The notes beneath the pieces are model-generated. The model searched no databases and had not been told where the DNA came from. It was given only the letters and a program-made list of their open reading frames with translations. A DNA stretch of 64,000 nucleotides, taken from contig OZ316775.1 of assembly GCA_973851085.1 (NCBI GenBank), positions 22,010,001 through 22,074,000 of the forward strand, given 5' to 3'. The stretch is from Ptychomitrium polyphyllum. Its lineage: Eukaryota. The position numbers and the translations under genes were made by a program. Positions 26,601 through 42,244 of this stretch are shown here, one piece after another; the first letter of the stretch is position 1; every line of letters begins with the position of its first letter.

Positions 26601-29600
26601 TAGTATGATTGTAAAAGTAAAAAAAGTAAACAATAAATTAAAAACATTGAAATATAAACAATAAACAATTAAAAATAATTTAATGTTTATTTTATTTTAT
26701 ACTTATTATTTAAATAAATACAAATAATAAGTAAAAAAAAACATATATATAAGTCAATTATAAGTACAGACAGATACATATATGAACAAACGTATACATA
26801 AACAAGTACAACAAGATTATAAGGTTTTTAATGGTACTTTGTATAAAAATCTAAACAAAGCCAAAATCATTTTATTAGAAATAATTAATTTGTTCAAGAA
26901 GTTCTTGCAGCTTTTTTGAAAAGGGTCCATATTTCACAAAATAAATGTGTTTAAAATCATTTCCCTTATATTAAAAGCTTAGAGATGTATCTATTATTTT
27001 TCTTGCTATCACATGTATTAAAAGGATAATATAAGGAGGCTATTGTATAATGGAAAAATTACACAATTTGAAAGAATATTCATGGTACTATAACTTTCTA
27101 TACTTTTTCTTAAACCTTTAGATTACTTTGAACTCAAAAAAATCATCTCCACTTCATTAGATGTAAAATTGTATTAAATACTGATTAAAATAGATTCTAA
27201 ACAAGCCTAAGGATTGTGATAGGAATTTTGCATCAATCTATAATATTTAATGGATACAAAGATATATTGTCTTCTACATGGATGTAGTGGATGCAAATGG
27301 AAATGGTGCATAAATAGAACTTAGCATGGATTGTATTTATTACTATAACAAAAAAAATAATCTAATACAACCGTTTTAAAATCTTTATTATTATTGATAA
27401 TTTTTGAAGACATATAAAAAAAATAAAATATGGTTGTTATTATATCTTTGATGTGATGATATTTAATGCAAGTTTTTGTACAATTGTTAAAAAAAAAGTT
27501 TTAAAAAAGCAATATATAATAATAATAATAATACAATAAATAGAAAATAATAAATAATAAATTTAATAATTCAAGTAAAAGTAGGTTAAAAATACGTAAT
27601 AAATATTAATGATAATATACTGCGATGGTTATTAAGAAGAAGCTCTAAAGTTGGTTGATTATGAGTGTTTATTTTGGATATTTAATGAAAGTTTAAATTC
27701 TAATGGACTTATTAAAGTGGATATGAATATGCACATATCTACCATGCTAGTTTTTTGTATTATGGTAATTGGACATTTATCAGGTAATTTATATTACTTT
27801 ATATATTTAGTAGTAATTGAATGTATTTGTAATTTCCATTTCAATAAAAGGAATTAGACTTTTTTGGAAGCATAACTTGATGTAGGAATAAATCTGGTTG
27901 ATTTTATGATTAATATTAGTTGTTTAGATTTGTATCTTGAAGGCTTCAAGGTTCATTTTGGATTGCTTTGTGCATCCATTGCTAGCACATTTGTAAACAT
28001 GAAAGTTCATTCTAACCAATTTTGCAAAATTTTATTAAATTTATTTAATTATATATTCCAAAGTAGACAAGTTTTTTAATAATGATTGCAAGTCAAATTT
28101 GTAGATTGCACAACTATTTGGTTGTAGAGGTTTTAAGGATGTACATTATTATTTCTTTGTAGCTAACCAAGAAATGGATTTAATTAAATCAATTGAATAA
28201 ATAAGGGTGGAAGAGATTTTCTTAAATGATTTGTTTTTATATAAAAATGAATTGTGTTTATTCAAAATGTTCTTCAAATAATGTGATGGTGGAGTGGAAG
28301 TAAATGTTTTTAATAGATTATATTGCATTTTAAAGATATCTAAGGTTGCTCATGAGCTAATGGTTGAATAATGATCTCCAAATTCATTATAATGGAATAA
28401 AACAACAATTCTATGCCTATTTAGCTACTATATAATTAATGTATAATGTGAACATTTGGGATTTTGGAGATTTTTATTATAATGAATACAGTGTTATAGA
28501 ATTAAAGGCATTTTGATATCAATATTTAGATTGTAGATGTTTTGATTATTTACATTGTTCAATTCTAAATCTTCTTGATCATTGTATAAGGTTTGATGTT
28601 ATTTTTTAGATATTGGTACTCACCAAAGTTATAAATTTATGGTTTGTGAGATGCAATGAATATATATATTTTTTTTAAAAGTTCATTTTCTAAGAGTTTG
28701 TATGAGTTGTATTTGCAATAATTAATAAAAATTAAAAATTAAAGTTGGTTGAAGATAGAAGTCATGTTTGTTAATATTGAATTTGAAATATTGTTCTGTC
28801 TAAGGAATTTCCTACTTGCAAGGTTTTCAAGGTACATATCATATGTTTTTAAATTAGTATAGATGTGGAGTACAAAAAAATGAAATTTAATATTTTACAC
28901 TAAATCAATTGAGATTGTGATATCAAGGCTTACTTTATGTAAAATTAACACTTAAAAATTCTACAAAAATCAGAAAGCAAATAAGGTATTTAAATAAATT
29001 GCATATACAAAACCATTCTCATTTTGTATTTTATTTGTAAACAATTATCAATAACTATCATATTCTAAATTTATCTTCTTTAATTAACATTGGATATCAA
29101 ACAAAAGATAGTGGCATTTTTAAATGGTAATTATTTCTTTAAAAAAATTATTATTAAAAAGCATGGAATTAATAGGATAAACATATTTTAAGCAATTTTA
29201 AACCCAATTTTCTACATTTATAAATGATAAATCCTTTTAGGCTATGCCAACAATATTCTTTGACTTTACATATTAATAAAATTAAGTTGGTATTTAAAAA
29301 AAATTACTAATAGATAATCAAATATATTTTGCATCACTCCTTAAATTTGTTAATGAAATGTTGTTTCAATTCATAAAACAATCTAATGGTATATGTTTTT
29401 TTAATATTTATTAAAATTTTAATTATTTTATAAAGATAATTATCATATTATAAGATTTTTTAATTTTAAAAAACTTTTAAAAAAACAACTCAGGCACTCC
29501 ATGGTGAATTTTAGAAATTTTGATTTGATTTTTACTAACTTCAAATATTTCATTAATCCATTATTCACGTAATAAATTGTTGTTAAGAAGTGGTGGTATA

Positions 29601-29791
29601 TGAATATGACATTGGACATCTGGTTCTTGTATAATTAGGTGTGCATGTTAATTATAGGTAATTTTGTTATGCAATAAGATGGCTTTTATTATATGACAAT
29701 ATGAAGAACAGTATTTTTTCCATGATACTTTTGGAATTTTTTAGATACAAAATCTCATTAAGTACTTCTATAGATTTGCAATGGTAGATAG

Positions 29792-30246
29792 TGTTAGGGA
29801 CTCAAGAAACAAGAAACACAAATAAAGTTTTTTCAAAGAATTAGTTTTTAAAGAGTTAATGATTATAAGAACTAATATAAAAATAATAGAGCAAGGCAAG
29901 ATACAATGTGATCTACAACTTGTGTTGGCAAGACTATCTTGTCTTGTCTTGTCTTGCCTTGCCTTGCCTTGTCATGTCTTGCCTCCTATTTATATCTTAT
30001 CTTGCCTTGCCTCCTATTTATTCTATGACGCTTGTATCTACTAGGATACTTTTAAAGCTTAAGAATGTTCTAGAAATCAATGGAACTTTTCCAAGAAGTT
30101 TTTTAAGATGGTAGAACCTTCTTAGGAAGTTTTTTAAAGAGGTGAATTGGCTATAAAAGCATTGAAAATATTCTAAGAAGCTACTACAATATACCAGAAG
30201 GTTCTAGATGGTTTAAAGACTATATTGCATAATCTATATTTGTACA
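29792..30246 (-). mobile_element. Solo LTR of the Ty3/Gypsy family also present at 43.5-55.5 kb
   Basis: TGTTA...TACA termini, colinear with the LTRs at 43498-43881, 50084-50447 and 55134-55528 (shared AAACAAGAA, GCCTCCTATTTATxCTATG, AAAGCTTAAGAATGTT, CTATAAAAGCATTGAAA, AAAGACTAT blocks). Internal (CTTGT/CTTGC)n expansion; no internal domain adjacent. Confidence 0.85.
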
Positions 30247-30566
30247 AGTAGGATGAACAATATGAATTTTGATTTTTTCAATGATATCATTTAAAGAAAT
30301 ACATGCTTCTTGACATTTTTTTTAAATAAGTTTTTTGTAAGATTGTAAAAATGTTATAAGATTATTAAGGTGTACAAAATTTCTTCAAAAAATTGTATTT
30401 TAAATTATGACCATCTTACTTATAAACTTAGGTGTTGATGAAAATATAGATCAATTGGAGTTCTTTTGTTAAAATCCAACCATCAACAATCTTTTCGTGA
30501 AATAGGGTTGTTTTGCATATATTTAAACTTCCAATTAAAGCAAAATTTTGGTTAAAATCTCTACAT

Positions 30567-30570
<4 letters not shown>

Positions 30571-30622
<52 letters not shown>
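30571..30622. repeat. (AT)n microsatellite
   Basis: Read directly from the sequence. Confidence 0.95.
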
Positions 30623-30626
<4 letters not shown>

Positions 30627-32164
30627 AATTTGCATTATTTTATTGAATAATTTTTTTTTTTTCTTTATAGGATGGCATAGAAAAAAAAAAATATATTTAA
30701 CCAAATTTGGAAGTATTAGTTATAAATAAAAATCATTTGAAGATATGGTAAAAATATGATAAAATATTGGTAAGAGTAGGAATTTTTAAAGGTAATTAGA
30801 ATATGTATATTATTGTATATAAATATAAGAAGTCTTCTTTTAGCTAGAATGTAGGAAAGTCTTTATTAAATGCAACTAGTTATTATATGGTTATTGTTAA
30901 AAATCAATTTGTATTGTAGAATTAATTGATAATGTATTTAAAAAATTTTGTGGTTAATAAATTTAGGTATTGTGATGAGCAATGTAAATGTTTATATATG
31001 AGATATGAATTCTTGAAGAGTTTGTTTTATAGTGTTTAAAGATAAAGCATTTTAAATGATTATATGAATTTTATGATTATTAATGATTGTTTCTTGAAAT
31101 AGTAATGTATTATATTAGAAAATGAAGGTAGATGTGCATATTTTGTTGATGTTTTGTGACAATTAAGTGCTTTTTTTATAATTGTCTTGGAAAAATGTAA
31201 GATTTTTTTGACGTAAATGAACATATTTAATGATTCATTATATTGATTAATAAAATTGTAAAGTTCAAAGTATATGGTATTGATAGGTCGAATAATATCT
31301 TAATATGTGTTAAAAAATTGTATAGGAGAATGTATTTCTATATATGTTCCTAGAAGGCTAGGTGATTAATTAGTTTATTAAATAGCATCACAATTTAATA
31401 TATATATTATGATGTTATGTCACAAATTGGTTTATTTTGGATTTAGTTTTTGCTTTGGATTGCACATCAAAAACTTTGAGTTTTGTACTAGAGCAAATTG
31501 CTAGAGTGACTACAATCTGACATCATCAATACAACACATGATTATACAACAACTTTGATTATGTTTCATATTCTTGCACAACTGATTTATCTAGATTAAA
31601 ATTCTCTCTAGGACAAAATTATGCTAGATTTTAATACAAAAATCAAGATCCCCCATTTGTCATATGATAGAAGTAATTAATGCCTATTGTGGTTGAATTT
31701 CATTAAAATAATGAACATTTGAAAAAATATGATATTTTATTCATTTATAATTGAGTACCTTAAGAAAACTTTTAAATACTTCAAAAGAACAAGCTTTAAA
31801 GTTTCTATTAAGTTCAATTTAAATTCCAATATGGTTGCTGCAAAAGTTCTTTCATTTTGATGTTTGAGTGCTTAGTGCCAATTTATTTGATGCTTAAGTG
31901 CTAATTTGTTTGGCTCTTTTAAGAATGACAATAACTTTTCACAAGTCAAGTGCTTGAACAATTTAGGGAATTTAAGGTGTTTATTGAGGCATAATAGTAA
32001 CCCCTTATGACATGTGTTTAGAATTTGTATGATTAATGGATCATTTTGATTTTATCTTTTATGATGGCATGTATTCATTTTTAATATAGAGGGACTTAAG
32101 ACATGTGTTTGAAGTTTGTATAATTAGTAACTTATTCTAAATTTTTGTTTTCAATATGATAAAT

Positions 32165-32636
32165 GAACTCATTTGACATGGAATGCAAATTTTGCAACAA
32201 ATGATGAAAAGAAGAAACATTAATTGAAGAAAGAATCAGATAAGCTTGCATCTTTGATTGAAAACTTTGTTTTGAAAATGATCAAATCTCATGGAAGACT
32301 TACATCAATATGGAAAGAAAACATGTTTCAAAACAAGACTTAGGTACAAACGAATTGATACATATGACTTTGTATATTGATCCATGTGAGGAATTTGATC
32401 TTAATGTTGATTTGAATGACTAGGTGATGTGAATGAACAACCTCCTTCAATTGCTAAATTGGGGATGCAAAAGCATTGTAGAGCTATGTTGTTTCACTTC
32501 ATTATAAAGAATTAAATTCATTTTAATTTGTCAAATGTTATTAGAATTCGAAGGATAATTGAAAAGTTTAACAAGCTTAGTACATAAAATCTTGGTAGAC
32601 AACATATAAACAACTTTAAACTATTTTTCAAGTCTT
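32165..32636 (+). mobile_element. Decayed C-terminal fragment of a pogo/Tigger (CENP-B-like, Tc1/mariner superfamily) transposase
   Basis: Translation across frameshifts gives TWNANFATNDE...EESDKLASLI.../ENDQISWKTYINMERKHVSKQDLGTNELIHMTL...FDLNVDLND/DVNEQPPSIAKL.../LFHFII...KFNKLST*NLGRQHINNFKLFFKS. This resembles the acidic C-terminal tail of Tigger-like transposases ending in a Q-x-x-x-x-x-x-FFK-type motif. Recognition from memory, not a search. Confidence 0.55.
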
Positions 32637-33143
32637 TTTGATTTTTAATATTCTTATACATATCTATAAAGTGTATTTTCAATAATTTATAATCATTGTA
32701 ATGTATTTCCATACTTATTTTGGTCAAAATATGAAGATCTCAATAAATATGAATACCAAATATCCTAAATGTCATATAATCAAGAATGAGACGTTTCATT
32801 TATACAACAATTTTCTTGTTTCTCAAACCTTTTACATTAGGGAGGGACAACAATACATTAGACACAAGGTGGCCCGTGGCCCGTGTCCGCATGCTGGTGG
32901 CGTTGAAAGCAGGTACAATGGCGCAGGAGTCACCAAAGGTGTTAATTGGGCTGAGTTTCTTGTGCTTTCATCAACACCATCGATATGCGCAGAGCTAATT
33001 GTTTGGATGTAAGTTTCAACTGGTCTGATTCAAAAAAGTCAGTAGCTTTGATGGAACACTTGTTGAATTAATACAAGGTTAGTAATGGATTAAGGCTGAG
33101 GGTTGTATTGATAGAATTCATCGATTCTGGATATTGTTGTACA

Positions 33144-34202
33144 AGTCAATGGAGGCGACTCTGAATTTGAAGTTAGAGATAGAAGAAGTCGGTTCCTTTT
33201 GATGATGCAGTTCTGGGAACCTTGGTCTTCACAATCTGAACACTTTGAAGTTACGGTCTTAGCTTCGTAGCAGTTCAAGGGTCAAGTAACTGGTGATCGA
33301 AGAAATGGCACCGAACTTTAGTTGCCATGACTACAGGTGGCAGAATAAGGTCTCATGCATAATCCTTCCAGAAGTTTTTTCCACTGCTCATGTTCTTTCA
33401 TTCATCTGAGAGGTAATACCTACGAAACTGGGTTCACTCTTTAGTTTATTGATTGCCTTCAAAAGTTGTCGGGATTGGAGAACCGAGTCAGACAATGAGT
33501 TGTACACACGTCTGACCTTCACAACCCACAACAAGTCTACCCCAGAGGCTTAACATGGTCTACAAGATCATGCATATGATCCATGTTATCTGATGAAAGC
33601 TCAAAATCTTGACTCAACATCCCAGCGTTACGTTCCGAAGGCATGGTTGTGACATGTGGGATGTTCTTCAAGTGAATACCATGTAGTTCCATAGATGAGT
33701 TGAGAACTCATTCTTTCCGGAGGTTTTGCCAACCCTCATGTTTTTGGACCCTTCTGACGAATGGCAATTAGCAAACGGCCGGATTCACTCATCAGTTTCA
33801 TATTATCTGATTTTAAGAACTGACCCATTCAGGCTCTTGATATTACACACGCCAGACCTGCACAGGCCAAAGGATTATACTCTATAGTCCCAACTTACCT
33901 GACAACATATAGTACTAAACGTTTGACTCAAATCCTCTTTCGAAAGCTCTAAATCTTGACTTGACACCGGCAGAGTTTTCTTTGTCGACCTTGCGTCATG
34001 CCTCATCATCAACGTACCAGAGACCGCGAAAAATGCACCACTCAGAGGTAGACACTGCGAAACCGACACTTTAACTAATTGGGAACACGATTTCAATTTT
34101 CAAATGAATTCCATTCCTAACTTCGAGTATCGTATATTAAGTACATTCGTGTCGCTATCAACTTCCGACTTCTTTGACTCACAATCATTTGTGCCATATA
34201 AA
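33144..34202 (+). promoter_or_regulatory. W-box-rich promoter and TATA box of the GH71 gene
   Basis: TTGACY on either strand at 33144-33149, 33280-33285, 33609-33614, 33923-33928, 33956-33961 and 34174-34179. TATAAA at 34197-34202, about 105 nt upstream of the ATG. Confidence 0.6.
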
Positions 34203-34304
34203 GGAGTCACAATGTTCCAAAACAAAATCATTTAGCCACGAAATTCAAAGATCATTTCTCGTCTTCAAGCCTTCTCTCACAAGTGTGTGCCCTGCTACAT
34301 ATCC

Positions 34305-35585
34305 ATGGCCATGGCCGCACACATTCGCAGCAGCTTGCTGCTGCTTGTATGTATCTTAGCTTGCTCTAAAGTCCCCCTAACTTCAGCTCAACCTCCACGC
34401 TATGTCTTTGCACATTACTTGCTTTACCAAGACGTCGACATTGGAGTGTACAAGCAGGAGATTCAGCTGGCGCAGAGCAAGGGCATTGACGCCTTTGCCT
34501 TGAACTCCAACGTTTGGAGGCCCAATCTGGTGGACCGAATGTACCAGGCAGCCCAGGAGTTGGGCACCAACTTCAAGATCTTCTTCTCTGCAGACATCCA
34601 CAAGGATTCCAACGGCAACCTATCACCAGACATCCTCGTCACCATGCTCAAAAATTACAAGTCTCACCCAAACCAAATGCAATACAACGGCCGGACCCTC
34701 TTCACGTCATGGCTGGGTAATGGTGATGAATGGTGGGCAGAGTTTCAGAAAACCGCCATTGATGGATGGAACGACATCTTCCAGAAAGCTGGTGGCAAGG
34801 ACAAGTATTGGTTCATTCCATTCTTCCCCACCGATGGCTCCGTAGATGGTGTGAATGGCATGATTAGTAAATGGGGGAACGGAATCGATGGGTTGTGGGC
34901 ATGGGACACAAGCGCATGGATTTTTAGTGACGAGCAGGATCGGAACTACTTGAGTGGTACCAATGCTGTTGGCAAGAAGTTCCTGGCGAGTGTTAGTCCA
35001 TGGTTCTTCTCTGCGGGCCCTCAGAGTTGCGGCGACCGAATCAAGGCCGACTATCAAGGCCCAGGCTTGTGGCAGGCAAAGTGGAAGGAGATGGTTAACC
35101 TGAATGTTCCGCTGGTGGAGATTGTGACTTGGAACGATTGGGTGGAGAGCTCATATGTTGCAAACCAAATTTCAACCAAAGGGGCAGCGGCTGATGTTAC
35201 TGCTTTCCCTCACCAAGCCTATCTTGAGCTGGGAGCTTATTATATTGAGTGGTACAAGACAGGCAACCAGCCTACAATAAAGGCTAATAGAATGTTCATG
35301 TTCTATTACACGCAACGCAAGAATGCAGGTGGGGATTGTGCCAAGATCTTGAGTGACAAGTTGTATGTGACTACTATGCTCCAGCAGGCTGGGACCTTGG
35401 TGCTCAGTTCTGGCTCTGCGCAGCAGTCATTTAACGCTGGTGCGGGAGTTAACACTTTTAACATTGATTTTCAAGTGGGAGAGCAGAAGGCGACATACAA
35501 TGGAGGGACTACAGTCGTCGGAGAGCAGCAGATCAAGAGCGATGGTACCAACTTTAATGTGTACTCTGCATTTAAGGATTTCTGA
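34305..35585 (+). CDS. Secreted glycoside hydrolase family 71 (endo-alpha-1,3-glucanase/mutanase-like), 426 aa, intronless
   Basis: Single ORF with a signal peptide (MAMAAHIRSSLLLLVCILACSKVPLTSA) followed by GH71 motifs: YVFAHY, EIQLAQSKGIDAFALN, AAQELGTNFKIFFSAD, HPNQMQYNGR, ASVSPWFF, VEIVTWNDWVESSY, PHQAYLELGAYYIEWYKTG. Ends in a beta-sandwich-like region and NFNVY. ATG 34305 or 34311. Confidence 0.88.
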   Translation: MAMAAHIRSSLLLLVCILACSKVPLTSAQPPRYVFAHYLLYQDVDIGVYKQEIQLAQSKGIDAFALNSNVWRPNLVDRMYQAAQELGTNFKIFFSADIHKDSNGNLSPDILVTMLKNYKSHPNQMQYNGRTLFTSWLGNGDEWWAEFQKTAIDGWNDIFQKAGGKDKYWFIPFFPTDGSVDGVNGMISKWGNGIDGLWAWDTSAWIFSDEQDRNYLSGTNAVGKKFLASVSPWFFSAGPQSCGDRIKADYQGPGLWQAKWKEMVNLNVPLVEIVTWNDWVESSYVANQISTKGAAADVTAFPHQAYLELGAYYIEWYKTGNQPTIKANRMFMFYYTQRKNAGGDCAKILSDKLYVTTMLQQAGTLVLSSGSAQQSFNAGAGVNTFNIDFQVGEQKATYNGGTTVVGEQQIKSDGTNFNVYSAFKDF

Positions 35586-36988
35586 ATACACTAGGGTAGA
35601 CAGAAATTTTCTTGCTGATCAACTAGGCTCCCAGTTTGCGACGACAGCGTATATTTTCAAAAAGGACTAGTTCATTACTGAAGAGTTCAGATGAAAAGAG
35701 TTGAAATTAGCACAAGGATGCTAACATTTCACCTGTGAAGTATGCATAATGTAAATACGATCATACAAAAGCATGTTGCTATTAAGCTCTGACTGTTTAA
35801 GCCTTGGAACAGATTTTGTACCGCTACGCCAGCATTATCACAAGGTCTGCACGTCTAAGACTTGTCAGGTTAGGTTGCGTGCCCATTCTTCACTAGGACT
35901 TTTGGCGCTTGAATGGCTTACAGATAAGATCTGTTTGCCACACAATTTTTCCTCTCAACGTAAGCCTGCACACAACATATACCTCGACAGTGCCGTCCGA
36001 CACACAACTCTTCCGTGCAGGCTTCGATTGGCATATGCACAGTACTACTGGGTAGGTGTTTGTCGGAAGGTACAATGTATTACCATGTGGCTCCCAGTGT
36101 AAGATTCCACGGTATAAATGTCAGCAGACATTCCTTACAATAGAAGCCCACTGCATGGCACGTCACCTATTATTAGTCGGTAAACCGCTCAAAAGCAATT
36201 ACATGTATTATAGAAATTAAAAAACTTCATGATGTCAAATTTTAAACAAAGATTTATCTTGACATAGTTCTTGGATCCTAATAGTAAATAATGACATGTC
36301 ATGTAATTATGAATAGAAAAAAAGATTATCTACATGCATTAAATGAGTTTTTGAAATAATGAATATAAATTGGGCAAGTGGAATGACCAATTTTGAAACT
36401 TAACCACTCCTTAATAACAAGGTGTTTTTGAACAAAAGCCACCCTATGGCCTTGAAATCAATTATTACTTTCTAAAGCACTAAATGTAGTGATGTATATT
36501 GTGTAAATGACATGCACAGTGACATTCGTCCATACAACCTCATTCTAATTAAGATTATATTGTTTACTGTGCAACTTTTTGGCAAGAAAGTACTGCCAAA
36601 GAAAATGTAAGCATAACATAAATAAGGTAAGAGTAGCAACACACACACACATGTTCTTTTATGTCCATTGCCAGATTTCCATGTCACTCTAACACTAGCT
36701 CTATTTTCTTATGGTACAAACTTTGTGGCAAATACTTCCACTCTCTACTGGATTTGGATCTACATCATTGAGTCCCCTAAAAACCGAACTCTAATTCAGT
36801 TCCACAATCCGTCCATGCTGATCCAACAACAAATCATATTCTTCAACAATCTACCGTCCTTTCAACAACATACGACAATACAATACACATCACGAGAAGA
36901 ATATGATCTATTGTTGCATCAACATGAGAACGTGGAATGCAAACCTACCATCTTCAACAACGCACCACAAATGCACCACAAGCAATGC

Positions 36989-37141
36989 TCAGCACTGGTT
37001 CAGATTCTCCACGCCTTGAAAGCTTCGTCCTCTCTGCCCAAGCTTGCAAGCATCCTTGGGACCAAGGGGGCCACACAGTGGAAGTACTCGTACAGGGAAA
37101 GGTCTCATTGTAATTAAGTGTTGCAACGTTGCCCAAATCAT
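36989..37141 (-). other. Candidate small ORF (50 aa, or 39 aa from ATG 37108) in a TATA-driven minus-strand transcription unit; may be a lncRNA
   Basis: Minus-strand TATATATAAAAA at 37274-37263, then a CT-rich leader, then MIWATLQHLITMRPFPVRVLPLCGPLGPKDACKLGQRGRSFQGVENLNQC*, then a GT/T-rich 3'UTR-like tract. No family recognised. Confidence 0.35.
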
Positions 37142-38371
37142 TCGGTAGTCAAGACTCGGAGTGGAAGGCAAGCAGACAGAGAGCAGAGAAAGAGTTCCAA
37201 GCTGAAAGAGATGTGGAAAGTTTGAGAGACCAGCCGCAGGCGATGGTGGCCCTGTCGCTATATTTTTATATATACAGACACACGCACCGCTTGAATGCTT
37301 GTTGTGTGAAGCAGGCACTGCAAGTCAGTTCACACATTCTACGAAAGAGTTGCCCGTGCCCGGGCATCTCCGGTACCTCAACTGTGTTACAGGGTGGTAT
37401 CAGCAGAGTATGAAGACTTGAGAAGAATGATGCATGGGGAGAAACATGAGCTTAAAGTTATCCACAAGGACAGACTAGCCTTGAATCGTCGGCTACAATC
37501 TGAAGAAATTCTTGTGCAGTGATTCAGAGCACAGGATGCACTGCTGTTAAGTTCTCGGTGTTTCGCAGCAGATACGGCAGCTTAGTGTTCCTGATATCTT
37601 TCCGTTCTGCAGCTGGATGCTTTCGAGTCCGCCGTTGCAGGGTTTTGGCGAGGTTTACCCGGGATGGTGCCGGGGATGTTGTTGCAGCGCTTTCAAGCAG
37701 AGGATGCAGTGACGGTGTTGTGGTTTGGGTTTTTGAGGAGACGCGGGGTGGGTGTGGGTGTAGAATTTTGACATGAGCGGGTTCACGTTTCGGTTTTCCA
37801 TAGATGTTTTGTCTCTTTGAGCGTGCAGCTTGCGAAGCCGGTGCTGAAAGGGATGCTGCAAGTGGAGCTACTCTGCTTGCGGTTAGTCTCCGGTTCTCTG
37901 TGTTTGAAGTGAGTGAGTTTGACGCACCGCACAACCCCTAACAAGCCAATCTCAAAGATTTTGCAGCGAGTTTGCTTTTTCTCCGCTTTCTGTGTTGAAG
38001 AGGTCTCTACAAACTGTTTAAGTAGTTATATCTGGCATGAATGCAGAGTTCCTAGTTGTGAAACAAATTCTGGATGCGGTATTGGGTAAGGTGAGCCATT
38101 GCCGACTATGGGATGTGTGGGTTGTCTTTGAGGTATCCTCTTGGTCATATCCATGGCAGATTGGATTTTGAATTCACTCGTTGCATCTCATTGCTTCTAA
38201 ACGTCCAGTGAATTTTTAGCCTTTTACGTAGTTCCGTCTTCTAGAATGTGAGGGAGGAGATAAGGTTTTGATACTCATTTATTTGTATGCAGGGTTTTAG
38301 ATAGCCCTAGCTGTAGAAGCGTTCGAATTCGAGAGGAGAGGTTGTAGAGGAGGTCGCTCTTGGACCTACAA

Positions 38372-42244
<3,873 letters not shown>

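Larger units (their letters stand above)
17400..32700. other. Very AT-rich, CpG-depleted, gene-free zone of decayed repeats
   Basis: No credible ORFs, very few CG dinucleotides, and embedded recognisable TE relics (solo LTR, pogo fragment). Boundaries are approximate. Confidence 0.7.

Noticed and set aside
32860..33300. ORFs upstream of GH71 (32701-33012, 32786-32998, 33090-33278)
   Set aside because: No recognisable motifs; the ORFs straddle a composition boundary and are likely spurious.
37519..37934. ORFs on both strands upstream of OBGC
   Set aside because: GC-richer promoter region between divergent units; no protein features.
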